A stretch of DNA of 62,646 nucleotides from positions 1 through 62,646 of the IMG/VR virus record IMGVR_UViG_3300035703_000094, one strand, 5' to 3'. A program made the translations under genes and the position numbers. Below the pieces are notes generated by a model. The model made no database searches. It had not been told where the DNA came from and saw only the letters and a program-made list of their open reading frames with translations. The DNA is from a virus (lineage: Duplodnaviria; Caudoviricetes). Below are positions 7,987 to 17,463 of this stretch, piece by piece (within the stretch, counting starts at the first letter, position 1; each line of letters starts with the position of its first letter).

Positions 7987-8426
7987 TGCGTGTAACTTAT
8001 GCAAAGTGTTATGCAGGCGGAATTGAACGTGTGCATGGTCCCTTTCCATCCATGGAAAAGGCTACTGCGTATGTTTTGGAACATCACCAAACGCTACGCT
8101 GGGATTTCTACTACGTAACAGAATATGCAGAGACACCGCCTAAGCTGTCAGACTATCAGTGCTTGGCATGCGATGCGGTGACAGAGGCGTGGGACCTGCC
8201 TTCGGCTTGCTCGCAATGTAATCATCCTACGCTGATGAAGTTGATGCCCATGCCCGGACTGTGTGGTCTGGAAGGCTCAGCCTCTTTTCTCTCAGGCACA
8301 AAGCGTAAGGGCTTTGCCGAATTGAAGGAAGCCAACAAATTGGAGACAGCCTCATACGATATGCCTGCCGAGAAGCGTGGCCAAATACAGGCAGAAATTG
8401 ATAGACTCCGACGTAGTCCTACCTAA
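7983..8426 (+). CDS. FmdB-like zinc-ribbon protein
   Basis: DYQCLAC...CSQC...LMKLMPMP. Confidence 0.6.
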   Translation: MMRVTYAKCYAGGIERVHGPFPSMEKATAYVLEHHQTLRWDFYYVTEYAETPPKLSDYQCLACDAVTEAWDLPSACSQCNHPTLMKLMPMPGLCGLEGSASFLSGTKRKGFAELKEANKLETASYDMPAEKRGQIQAEIDRLRRSPT

Positions 8427-8809
8427 TACGTCCACTCTTTACGTTGGCCAGGGCGTACGTCAACGTGAATGAATCCTTTCCTGCGGCCATCCCCCAGGCC
8501 AACTACGCCCGTCTCTTCCTTACAAAGTCTATACAATTCTTCCAGGTCTTCCTTATCGCCCGAAGCTGGGCGAATATCTGCTGCGGTTCCGAGCAGATGT
8601 TGACTAGCCACAGCACCACCAATAGTAGCATTGTGCTTTTTACACCGGAACCCAGATGTGACGACAATAGGTTTACCAAATTGTTCACGTAGTCGATTGA
8701 GTGCGTCAAGTAGTGCATCGTTTAGCCTCAAGTTAGGTACTTTACCAGGACATTTTTCCTTGCATTGACACTGAAATTCAGCTAACTTAAAAAAGCTACC
8801 CGTACTCAT
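8423..8809 (-). CDS. Peptidase M15A endolysin
   Basis: FKLAEFQC, VTSGFRC..HN, SQHLLGTAAD, FIHVDVR; start at 8809 with a GGAG Shine-Dalgarno. Confidence 0.9.
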   Translation of the reverse strand: MSTGSFFKLAEFQCQCKEKCPGKVPNLRLNDALLDALNRLREQFGKPIVVTSGFRCKKHNATIGGAVASQHLLGTAADIRPASGDKEDLEELYRLCKEETGVVGLGDGRRKGFIHVDVRPGQRKEWTY

Positions 8810-8822
8810 ATTGGAGGTCTCC
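8810..8822. promoter_or_regulatory. Palindromic bidirectional ribosome-binding site
   Basis: CAT-attGGAGgtCTCC-ATG gives GGAGG on the plus strand and GGAG on the minus strand between back-to-back start codons. Confidence 0.65.
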
Positions 8823-9230
8823 ATGTCTGTCACGTTCAAAGAATTGCATCTCGGAAGACGCAATCATGTTGCTCTCAATCTTCAACTAAAAGAGCAAGTT
8901 ACTGTAAAGAATAGCCCGAATGGTAAAGGTTTGCTACTGGGCAATCCTGAAGTTGTGCAAGCATCGGGAAAAGATGAAGGTTCTCTGCAGGTTGAAAGCA
9001 AATTGCCGCACGGTAGATTTGTACGCCTGAACTTTGGTACACTTCATGTGTCGGAAAAGGACGAGGTACTTGTCGCGTTGAATCCAAAACTCGCAAGTGC
9101 TTGTCTCCTTTCTGGTCCAATTATTCTCACCCCAAAAGAACTGCACGAAGTAAGTATCTCTCTTTACACAGTTAAGCAAATTGACCTAGCGGATTACGAG
9201 TGGGTTGTGGCATTGTACTCCTTGACGTGA
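8823..9230 (+). CDS. Hypothetical protein, possibly a degenerate dUTPase/dCTP-deaminase fold
   Basis: GGAGG Shine-Dalgarno; beta-rich spacing resembles the beta-clip fold but catalytic motifs are absent. Confidence 0.5.
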   Translation: MSVTFKELHLGRRNHVALNLQLKEQVTVKNSPNGKGLLLGNPEVVQASGKDEGSLQVESKLPHGRFVRLNFGTLHVSEKDEVLVALNPKLASACLLSGPIILTPKELHEVSISLYTVKQIDLADYEWVVALYSLT

Positions 9231-9258
9231 CTACTTCGCACGTCCAGGGAGTATAGCC

Positions 9259-9543
9259 ATGGATAACGTGATTGACATTACGAAGCGTTCTAAGAAGATG
9301 AAGGAATGGCAGAAACCCGCAGAGGAACCCAAGAATAAGCAGGTGCAATTAGTCGCAGTGGAAATGGCAACCCTTCTTTACAATCTGGTGCAAAGTAATC
9401 TGCAGCTCATCGAAAAGATTGAGGAGATGAGTGATATGATGGAGCACATGGAGTACCAGATTGACTGTCTACGTAAAGATGTAGACCAGGTCGCTGACCA
9501 CATCACTCGGTCACAGCCTCAAACAAAGTCTCCAAACTCCTAA
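9259..9543 (+). CDS. Coiled-coil hypothetical protein
   Basis: GGGAG Shine-Dalgarno; heptad pattern; its 3' end overlaps the convergent 9503 gene by 41 bp. Confidence 0.75.
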   Translation: MDNVIDITKRSKKMKEWQKPAEEPKNKQVQLVAVEMATLLYNLVQSNLQLIEKIEEMSDMMEHMEYQIDCLRKDVDQVADHITRSQPQTKSPNS

Positions 9544-12500
9544 CCTCATTCTCATCTCCAGATGTCAGCTTCGTAGCATCATTCCATGTACGGAGTATGC
9601 CTGGCAGCATGGGAATGTAGGCATCACCAAGCGATGCCAGAGCAGAGCCTGCCTTATCAATGTCACCTTCTATAAGTGCTTTAGCGAATTTACCTGTACT
9701 CGTGACAATCGGTGGAGTACCGATGCCCTGTGTCAACGAGGCAAGCGGTGACAGACCAGTCAATCCCTTCTTACCACCAATGAGCGCCTGAATCTGCGGG
9801 TCTTCCTGACTGAAGAATGACTTGTCTTCACTCATGACCGCAGCATTGATTACACCGAGCATCATGAAAGGGGCCAAATAGCGCCCTCCTAGCTCTGCAG
9901 AGCCTGCGCCTATACCCTTCCTAGCATACGCATCAATAACGTCACCAGCGATTGCCGTAGGCCACTTAGAGAAGGTACTCAGGACAGGGCCTGCTGCGCG
10001 ACCGAAGGCACTCATGGACAGTTTGTTGTACTGGAAGACTGTCTTGTCCAAGAGGTTGTTAATCAGAAGACCTTCGAGTGCCTGGTCATCACCCTTTTCT
10101 ATAGCTTCCTTGACGGCCCGACGCATGCCTGGGTTGAGTTTCTGCACGTACAGTTTTGCAGCCTGATTACCGCTCAGTAAATCCTTGGTTAACTCCTTGC
10201 CCATCTGTACCACGATGACGCGGTTGGCACGCTCGGCTGTTTCATACAGAGCCATTGAGTATTTTGTATAAGTATCAATGAGAGCATCTGTCTTAGCGCC
10301 AATCCAACTACGTTTAATCTGCGACTCAAGCACGGACATTAGTTCAGTGTTCCATTGCGCGGCACGGAATTGTCCACCTTGCCTTACCGTATCCAAAGGA
10401 TTGAGAGCCACATTTTTAAGGGCACGCATGACGTAGCCCATACCTGCAGCACCCAACTCAGGAGCTGTAACCAATATAGGCTGCGACATATTTTGTAGAG
10501 CAGAGCGTATGTTAGCTCCGAGGAAGTTAGGATAAACGGCACCAAACATACGTGATGAGGTACTCTCACCTGCCTCAAGCATCCACTCGGCGATACGTCG
10601 AAGCTGAGAGTCGGCGCTACGGTTATCACGAATATCCAATAGTGCATTCGCAAATTGTTGAGTAGCCGCTCGCCATGTGTTGCTACGGACACCGCCTAGG
10701 TTATCTGTCAGAAGATTGCTTAGGTACTCGGCATCCTTATGGAAACCACGGCGGATTAGAATATCCCTTACATTTTCCATCTCTGCAAATGTATCACGCA
10801 TAAATGCGTGCTTGAATGTATTCGATGCCCAGCGTGCTGCCAGCTTGGTTACATTTGTTTCACGAATCATCTCAGGAACTTCTTCAACAGAACGACGGTA
10901 GACAGCTGCAGCATTTGATGTGTCACGAATGCCAGCTGTGCGTGGATTGATTTGTCGTGCAAGAACTTGTCTCATCGTATCGGCGTCCTGAATAGCTCCG
11001 CCATTCAAATACTCAAGCGAGTCCTTCAATCTACGATAGTTTACATCATTTCGCAAACCTGCCTCGGCTGCTTTCGTGTACGCTTCTTCGCCGTAATCCA
11101 TGAGGTTTATCCCAAAACGGTCACGAATATCGGCAATGCCATCACGCAGACGCTTGGCAATCTCAATACGGTCCAGGACAGCGTGTGGAACATAGCCACC
11201 ATATTTCTGTACAAAGTCTGCAATATTGAGTCCTTGTTCGTTAGCTTCTGTACGGGCTGAGGCAAACCACTTCCGGTATTCATTGACTACATCGGCTTTC
11301 TTCGGGTCAGGTATTTCAGTAATACCTTTGTCCAAAAATTTATAGAGGTCATCATCACTTAGATTTGCTGCCTGCTTCATCTTATCCAGACTTGCAAGTC
11401 CTTTAATCTTGGTGAGAACTCCGTCCGCGCCCATAACCTCACGGTCATTGACAACCTGTGCAAGCATTCTAGTAAAGGCATTGTATTGATTATTGCCTTT
11501 GTTCAGCGTCACTTCGAGGCGTGTGCCTGCGCGTCGGTCAATGCCACGCAAGACGAACTGAGCATCTGTAAAACCCTGAGCAATGTTCCGTAGTACCGGA
11601 CCTTCTGCTTCTCCAAGCCCAGCCCGGGCAATGATTCTGTCTGAGATAAGTTTGTTCGCTGCATTTTGTTGCAGCACTCGACGGAATTCGCCCTTCAAGA
11701 ATTCAGCGCCTTCACCCGCTCTGCTAAGAATATTGGTGAGACTGCCAGTCATTGACTGCGTCCCTTCCTGTACTTTGCCTGCAATCCTCGGCAAGTTTTC
11801 ATCCAAGTACTTCTGTACGATGACGGTCCTGCCCAGCTCGGATACTTTATTTTCGGCATCCAACAAACGGCCATCCTTGAGGTCAGTCAGTAACTTGCGT
11901 TGACCTTCGGTGCTAAGACCGTTGAAGATTTCTTCGGAGGCAGATTCGACTGCTTTTTTGCCAGCCTCTGTATCGCCTTTCCCGAGTAATTTGTATAGAC
12001 CTTCAGTGCTGTTTATCTCTTTACTCAATTTCTCAATATCTTCTTTGCCTTTGGCGGCGACTGCACGGTCAATAACGGTATCCATTGTCTGCTGAGCATT
12101 CTGTGTTTTGCTTACTTGTTCGTTAATCTGCCGAACCATATCAGGGCTTTCGGCCAATTCTGCTTCTGCAGCTTCTGCAGCACGTCGTGCCCTTACGTTA
12201 CGGATAAGGCCAAACACCTCAACGCCCGCAGCTACTGCCCCGCCCAGGCCGGCACCGAGCATGACTGCCTTGCTCTCGTAGTCCTTCTCTGCTCCGGCAT
12301 AGGTAGCTGCTGCAGCTTCACCCACACCTGTGGCAATGGTCGCTGCTTTGGCTGCCGTTTCACCTGCACCTGCAGCTTTCGCAGCAGTGCCTGCAACTTT
12401 TGCTAAACCGTAGCCTGTGGCCAAGGCACCACCAAGTTCTGCAGCCTGCAGCAATCCTGATTTCTTGGCGAGTGCAATGGTACGCAGGTCATCGAGTGCA

Positions 12501-13051
12501 GCCTCCATCTTGGGGTCACTCTGGAATTTGATGGCCAGTTTCTGGGGCAGGCCCATAGCCACGGCCTCGGAAAGAGAACCAAGCAAACCTTCTGAGACTT
12601 GCGCCAATTCGCCGCCGATACCGCCGGTAGCCATAGGCGCACCGAAGAATGCGGCCCAGTCAAAGGAAGTTAGATTGCTTACGGGAATATTGTGCTTACG
12701 TGCGATGCCTTCCAGCTCGGAAGGAAGAATGCGCATCTCTTCGACTTTACCACTGATGACAGGTGTCTTGAGTGCCTCTTCGTCCAGCTTCTTACGTTCC
12801 TCTGGACTTACCCTAGATTGAATATCTGCAGTCAATTCCTTTGGGTCAGTACGGATTTGCAATGCTGCCAAGGCTTTACCAAAGAAGCCAGGTTCTTCTT
12901 TTTCTTGTTCTTGCGGCTCAACCTTGTACTTTGCAAACGGGTCTTCCTCTGGCACCTTGTATTTCTCAAAAGGGTCAGCCTCAGCTTCTTTGACTTTGTA
13001 CTTCTCGAAGGGGTCTTCCTGCGAGTTTACGAGTGGTTGTGTTTCAGCCAT
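9503..13051 (-). CDS. Large internal virion/DNA-ejection protein (putative)
   Basis: 1182 aa, helical; three N-terminal DPFxKYKV repeats; Gly/Ala hydrophobic segments; last gene of the structural arm. Confidence 0.65.
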   Translation of the reverse strand: MAETQPLVNSQEDPFEKYKVKEAEADPFEKYKVPEEDPFAKYKVEPQEQEKEEPGFFGKALAALQIRTDPKELTADIQSRVSPEERKKLDEEALKTPVISGKVEEMRILPSELEGIARKHNIPVSNLTSFDWAAFFGAPMATGGIGGELAQVSEGLLGSLSEAVAMGLPQKLAIKFQSDPKMEAALDDLRTIALAKKSGLLQAAELGGALATGYGLAKVAGTAAKAAGAGETAAKAATIATGVGEAAAATYAGAEKDYESKAVMLGAGLGGAVAAGVEVFGLIRNVRARRAAEAAEAELAESPDMVRQINEQVSKTQNAQQTMDTVIDRAVAAKGKEDIEKLSKEINSTEGLYKLLGKGDTEAGKKAVESASEEIFNGLSTEGQRKLLTDLKDGRLLDAENKVSELGRTVIVQKYLDENLPRIAGKVQEGTQSMTGSLTNILSRAGEGAEFLKGEFRRVLQQNAANKLISDRIIARAGLGEAEGPVLRNIAQGFTDAQFVLRGIDRRAGTRLEVTLNKGNNQYNAFTRMLAQVVNDREVMGADGVLTKIKGLASLDKMKQAANLSDDDLYKFLDKGITEIPDPKKADVVNEYRKWFASARTEANEQGLNIADFVQKYGGYVPHAVLDRIEIAKRLRDGIADIRDRFGINLMDYGEEAYTKAAEAGLRNDVNYRRLKDSLEYLNGGAIQDADTMRQVLARQINPRTAGIRDTSNAAAVYRRSVEEVPEMIRETNVTKLAARWASNTFKHAFMRDTFAEMENVRDILIRRGFHKDAEYLSNLLTDNLGGVRSNTWRAATQQFANALLDIRDNRSADSQLRRIAEWMLEAGESTSSRMFGAVYPNFLGANIRSALQNMSQPILVTAPELGAAGMGYVMRALKNVALNPLDTVRQGGQFRAAQWNTELMSVLESQIKRSWIGAKTDALIDTYTKYSMALYETAERANRVIVVQMGKELTKDLLSGNQAAKLYVQKLNPGMRRAVKEAIEKGDDQALEGLLINNLLDKTVFQYNKLSMSAFGRAAGPVLSTFSKWPTAIAGDVIDAYARKGIGAGSAELGGRYLAPFMMLGVINAAVMSEDKSFFSQEDPQIQALIGGKKGLTGLSPLASLTQGIGTPPIVTSTGKFAKALIEGDIDKAGSALASLGDAYIPMLPGILRTWNDATKLTSGDENEVRSLETLFEAVTE

Positions 13052-15525
13052 TACTGTCTCCGTGCGCCTTTTGCTTCAAGAGCTTTAACTTCGGAAGCGG
13101 GTACACGTAATTTATCACCTTTCGGAGAGACCATGTCAACCATTTGTTCAACTTCTGCAGGAGCCTCTTCTTCTCCTAAATATGACTTAACTTTACGACT
13201 ATAAGCCTCTTGGAGAATGCCTCTGGCTGTTGCTTTGTTTTCCTTGGAACTAAAGAAACCAGGACCTTCCGACAGGCGGGAGAGTTCTGCAGTTTCTTCG
13301 GGTGTAAGACCGAGACCTGCAGAAGCATTGGCAAATTCTTTCTGTCTCAGTTCCTTATTCTTTGACTTAGCATCATACCAGTTATCGAACAAGAGACTTG
13401 ACTTAGAGTAAGATTGTTCTGCTGTTTCAAGTTTCTTTTTGTCGGTTGTCGATGCTTTTGTTTTGGCTGCAGTGACGCGGGCATCCAAATCCATCTGCTT
13501 CAGCTTGAGTGCGTTGGCCATCTCTGCAGCGTTTTGTTGCTGCTTAAAGGCACGTTCCTCTGCATTCATCTTCGCCCGGGCAGCCTCTGTCTGAGCACGT
13601 TCACGCTCATCCAAGGATGCTTTCAGGAACATATCTGCTCGCTTGTATGCACGCTCCTGCAATCCCTCGCGCTCTTTCGAGAGAGCCTTACGTCCCGCTT
13701 CCACCTCTTCTCTGGCGATGCCGAACTTCTCTTTTGCCTGAGCCATATCTACTTCAAGTTTCTTCATGCTGCGATTAAGGTCACTAGACCAGTCATATTT
13801 CTCAAGCTGAAGATTGGAGCCGATACGCTGGCCAAGTCGTTTACCTTCACGTGCAGCGAAGTATTTGATGGCAGCCTGTCCAAGTGTCTCGAAGATTTGT
13901 CCCCAGGATGCAATGGCTTCACGACGTGCAGCTTCATCCTTGGCAGTCTTAATTGATTCATTGTAAGAAGCTGTGGCATCTTTGATTGCAGCAGTCAAGG
14001 AATCCTCTTGTCCCTTGAAGCGTTCCTGTGTTGCCTGGTCTAGCTCTGCCATAGGCTCTACAGCTTTCTGAATATTTGTCCAGAACGTATTCAAGTCTTC
14101 TGGTTTATCTACCTTAATACCGGCCTGTTTGGTAGTTGGGGCAGCTGGTTTACCTGGTGCTACGGGTGCTTTAGGCGCAGACGGAACTGCCGGTGCCGTA
14201 GGTTCGGTTGGTGCAGGTGTTGGCGGAGTAACTTTCTGTGGCTCTACCTTCTGTACCGCTTCTTCTGTAGGCTTCAGGAATTGACTTCCTACGCCGAGAA
14301 GTATTCCACCGGCAGCTAATCCCTTAGCGTACTTGGCAATACCAGCAGAGCCTTCTTTCTGCGCTGCGACGATACCTTTCTTGAGTTCGACAACTTGCTC
14401 AGGAGGAAGTGCTTCACCGCTTTCCTTAACGAACTTAACATTATAGAGACCTTCATTGAGTTTTGTCTCAAAGCCTGTCTGTTTGTTGAACGTGGCGTAG
14501 TCAGTGTCGGCACGTTTGAAATTGCCTGCAGCTCCTTTGATAAGTGTTTCCTTGTAGGTAGGTCCGGGCGGCAGCGGCGAGGACGTAGGCTCCTCTCCTG
14601 CTTTCGGTGGACCGACGAAGTCACTGTTTTGTTTAGCTGTTTGTTGAAGTTTCGAGAGTGCTTCTGGACTTGTCTTACTTGCCACCTCTTCTTTTTGTCC
14701 AGAGAGGTTAGACTTTTGTTCTTTTAGTTTGGCTAACTCAGTATCATTCTGTGCTTTTTCACGTTTAAGGTTAGCCTCTTCTTGTCTGAATTGTGGTTTC
14801 TTTTTGGACAAGCGTTCTGCTTTGGCACTTCTTTCTGCAATCTGCTTATCTACATCGGTAATTTTTGTGTCAGATTCTTTGATGTTTTTGACATTATAGG
14901 CATCATCCATCTGTACTTGACCAGGAGAACGACGCGCCTTGACGAGTGCATCAAAGTCTTCACTGGTTCCTCCCATGCCGGTAAACTCAGCTCGTGTTAA
15001 TTTTCTGCCATTTTCTAACTCAACTGAGTCGGTAGGAGAACCAGCCTTGGAGGTCAGTTCTTTTACTTTGGCAGGGACGGCGGGAGCGTTGGTAATAGTT
15101 TCAGCTTTTGGTACTTCGGTCGTAGCTTTTACTTGTTGTTTCAAATTTGATAGCTTCTGTGATTCTGTCTTAGGTACAACATCCTCAGCAGGCGTCTCAA
15201 GTCCTTGCCGTTTTTTGATGGTCTCCATCAGACCTTCGCCGCCGCCTGTCTTATAACTCTTCTTGAGTTCATCAATCGTCTCTGGGCTAGTCTTAGCCTC
15301 AGCTACCGATTCTTTTTTGACAGGAGCTTTCTTCTCTACCTTTGCCGCAACTTGTTCGACAGGAAGTTCTTCGCCAGCATTATGTGCATCAATGCGTTTG
15401 ACAGCATTGGTAAAGCCCATACTCTCTGCCATATCGCGGAGATTTTTTGGTATCTTTTCTCCGGCCTTGATAAGGTCACTAATTTCATCCAAAAATTTTG
15501 TAGATGCACCTGCTAGACTTGCCAT
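13051..15525 (-). CDS. Internal virion/ejection protein (putative)
   Basis: 824 aa; Lys/Ala/Glu-rich coiled coils, Pro-rich linker, hydrophobic segment. Confidence 0.6.
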   Translation of the reverse strand: MASLAGASTKFLDEISDLIKAGEKIPKNLRDMAESMGFTNAVKRIDAHNAGEELPVEQVAAKVEKKAPVKKESVAEAKTSPETIDELKKSYKTGGGEGLMETIKKRQGLETPAEDVVPKTESQKLSNLKQQVKATTEVPKAETITNAPAVPAKVKELTSKAGSPTDSVELENGRKLTRAEFTGMGGTSEDFDALVKARRSPGQVQMDDAYNVKNIKESDTKITDVDKQIAERSAKAERLSKKKPQFRQEEANLKREKAQNDTELAKLKEQKSNLSGQKEEVASKTSPEALSKLQQTAKQNSDFVGPPKAGEEPTSSPLPPGPTYKETLIKGAAGNFKRADTDYATFNKQTGFETKLNEGLYNVKFVKESGEALPPEQVVELKKGIVAAQKEGSAGIAKYAKGLAAGGILLGVGSQFLKPTEEAVQKVEPQKVTPPTPAPTEPTAPAVPSAPKAPVAPGKPAAPTTKQAGIKVDKPEDLNTFWTNIQKAVEPMAELDQATQERFKGQEDSLTAAIKDATASYNESIKTAKDEAARREAIASWGQIFETLGQAAIKYFAAREGKRLGQRIGSNLQLEKYDWSSDLNRSMKKLEVDMAQAKEKFGIAREEVEAGRKALSKEREGLQERAYKRADMFLKASLDERERAQTEAARAKMNAEERAFKQQQNAAEMANALKLKQMDLDARVTAAKTKASTTDKKKLETAEQSYSKSSLLFDNWYDAKSKNKELRQKEFANASAGLGLTPEETAELSRLSEGPGFFSSKENKATARGILQEAYSRKVKSYLGEEEAPAEVEQMVDMVSPKGDKLRVPASEVKALEAKGARRQ

Positions 15526-15526
15526 C

Positions 15527-16465
15527 TCATTTTCTCCTTATCATTCCACGAATTTCTTCACGACTAGGTTGATAGCCTTTACTGCCCGGCTTTGTTGCTC
15601 CAGCAACTCCACTACCAATAGCAGAGCCAGCGGTCGCTCCAAGGGCTGCTCCTTGTGCGATTGCAGCTGCTCCTACTGCAGCGCCTGCACCGGCTGTGCC
15701 GACAGTAATTGCAATACCAGCTGCAATACCCAGACCTGCACCAATAAGACTTCCCATAGAACTCCATTGAGCCGATTCTTCTGCAGCTTTTGCTTCTGCT
15801 TCTGCAATCTTACGTTTAATCTCAGCCTGTGCTTTAGTCAATCTATCTTGTAATTCTCTATCTGCTGCAGCTTCACTTTTTGCAAACTCTTGCTGCAAGG
15901 TCTGCTGAATCTTAGCTTGAGCAGTTTTAAGTAGGGTCATACGTCGTTTTTGTACCTGCGCTACCTGCAATTCTGTATTCCTGTAATCCTGCCAGCGTTG
16001 TGCTTTCTTTGCTGCATAATCCATAAGTTGTGTCTGAGACCAGATGGTCCTGCCCAGCTCATCCTTCTGGAATTGCATGGCTTTATCATACAGCTTATTC
16101 TTAACATCCCCGCCAAGCTGGGTCAAGATTTGTTCATTCTTTCTTACTTGCTGTTGTAAGCCAAGCTGTCTGTCTGCCAGGATTTGTTGTTTCTCCAAGC
16201 CTTGGCGTTGAAGTTCCATCTGACCTACCTGCATGGCCCCGCGCTGAACTTTCTGTTGTGCTTCCCGTGCAGCCGCTGCCTGGGCAGTGTAAAGCTGTGC
16301 ACCCATATCTGCAGCCGAGACACGTTGGCCGGTAGCTGCCTGCTTTGCGACGGCTTGCTGAGCTGCAAAGGAAGCTGCACTTTGTTGCATCTGCTGTCCT
16401 TGCTGTGCCATCGAAGGAAACTGCGAAGCTAGATTGGCTAGTTGTGAAGTCTTAGGTGTTGCCAT
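15527..16465 (-). CDS. DNA pilot/ejection protein (putative)
   Basis: Gln-rich coiled coil with a glycine-zipper hydrophobic C-terminus. Confidence 0.6.
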   Translation of the reverse strand: MATPKTSQLANLASQFPSMAQQGQQMQQSAASFAAQQAVAKQAATGQRVSAADMGAQLYTAQAAAAREAQQKVQRGAMQVGQMELQRQGLEKQQILADRQLGLQQQVRKNEQILTQLGGDVKNKLYDKAMQFQKDELGRTIWSQTQLMDYAAKKAQRWQDYRNTELQVAQVQKRRMTLLKTAQAKIQQTLQQEFAKSEAAADRELQDRLTKAQAEIKRKIAEAEAKAAEESAQWSSMGSLIGAGLGIAAGIAITVGTAGAGAAVGAAAIAQGAALGATAGSAIGSGVAGATKPGSKGYQPSREEIRGMIRRK

Positions 16466-17463
16466 TAGATGTCTAGCTCCGAATTGGGTGTTTTAGTAGT
16501 TAATCCAAATTTCGGTTTACCGCCTTGGGAATAGTCAGGTATATCGTTTGGAGGAGCAAAACCTCCACGAGAGATTCCTGGCATAGGAATGACGGTAGTC
16601 TGAGTATTAAGTGTACGCGGAGCTGCTTGTGGACCACCGCTTGTGCTGAGCAAGGTATTGGGTCTTTCTATTGTTTCAGTAGTTTCGGTAGTTTTTAGAT
16701 TTGCTGCATTCTTTTCCATTCTACCAGCAACCATTGAACCCGCCTGTAATGTACCTTGCAGAATTTGACCATAGGCTTGATACTGTGCCTGTGTTTCTGC
16801 AGCTTCCGATTCAATTGCTGCAAGTTGTATAGCTTGGTCAATATTGAATTCTGCAATATACTCCTTAAACTCTCGGTCTTCGGCATTCATTGCGGCCTTA
16901 AAAGAGAGGTCATTCTTGAACATTTCCATCTCATCAGCCATGAGGGTTTGTGTCAACTCCCACTCAAAAGCATTCTGGTCTTCGAGACGGGAACGCGCCC
17001 CCTCTGCTTCTAGCTTATCCAAGTAGTCGTCATTACTCAAGCGCATAGATGCAAGCGCATATTGTACTCTGGCACTATTTGCTTTGAAGTCCAATTCATC
17101 ACGGCGTTGTACAAAGTCCTGCAATATTTCCTGAGTCTTATTTTGCATTTGCTGACGTACGTTGAGTACTTGTTCATCGAGCTGTGCAGTCTTTTGTTGG
17201 AATTGCTGTTCTTGTTCTTTCTCTTGTTGCTCTAGTCCAGCAGCTGCTACCTGGCCTTGCAGTATGTCTTCTTGCTGTTGTTGCTGAGCTGCAGCTGCGG
17301 CGACAGTCTCCGCCAGGGAACCTTGCTGCGGTCCACCTTCTCCGCCCGCCACTTCACGCCCGGCTGCACCTGCCTGCAATTCACGGATACGCTCGGACTG
17401 TCCGAACTGCGGAAGTTGGAACCCGGAGGTAAGACTTTTCTTAACTTGGTCTAGCAGTGCCAT
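16465..17463 (-). CDS. Internal virion protein (putative)
   Basis: Gln/Ala-rich coiled coil; translationally coupled to its neighbours. Confidence 0.55.
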   Translation of the reverse strand: MALLDQVKKSLTSGFQLPQFGQSERIRELQAGAAGREVAGGEGGPQQGSLAETVAAAAAQQQQQEDILQGQVAAAGLEQQEKEQEQQFQQKTAQLDEQVLNVRQQMQNKTQEILQDFVQRRDELDFKANSARVQYALASMRLSNDDYLDKLEAEGARSRLEDQNAFEWELTQTLMADEMEMFKNDLSFKAAMNAEDREFKEYIAEFNIDQAIQLAAIESEAAETQAQYQAYGQILQGTLQAGSMVAGRMEKNAANLKTTETTETIERPNTLLSTSGGPQAAPRTLNTQTTVIPMPGISRGGFAPPNDIPDYSQGGKPKFGLTTKTPNSELDI

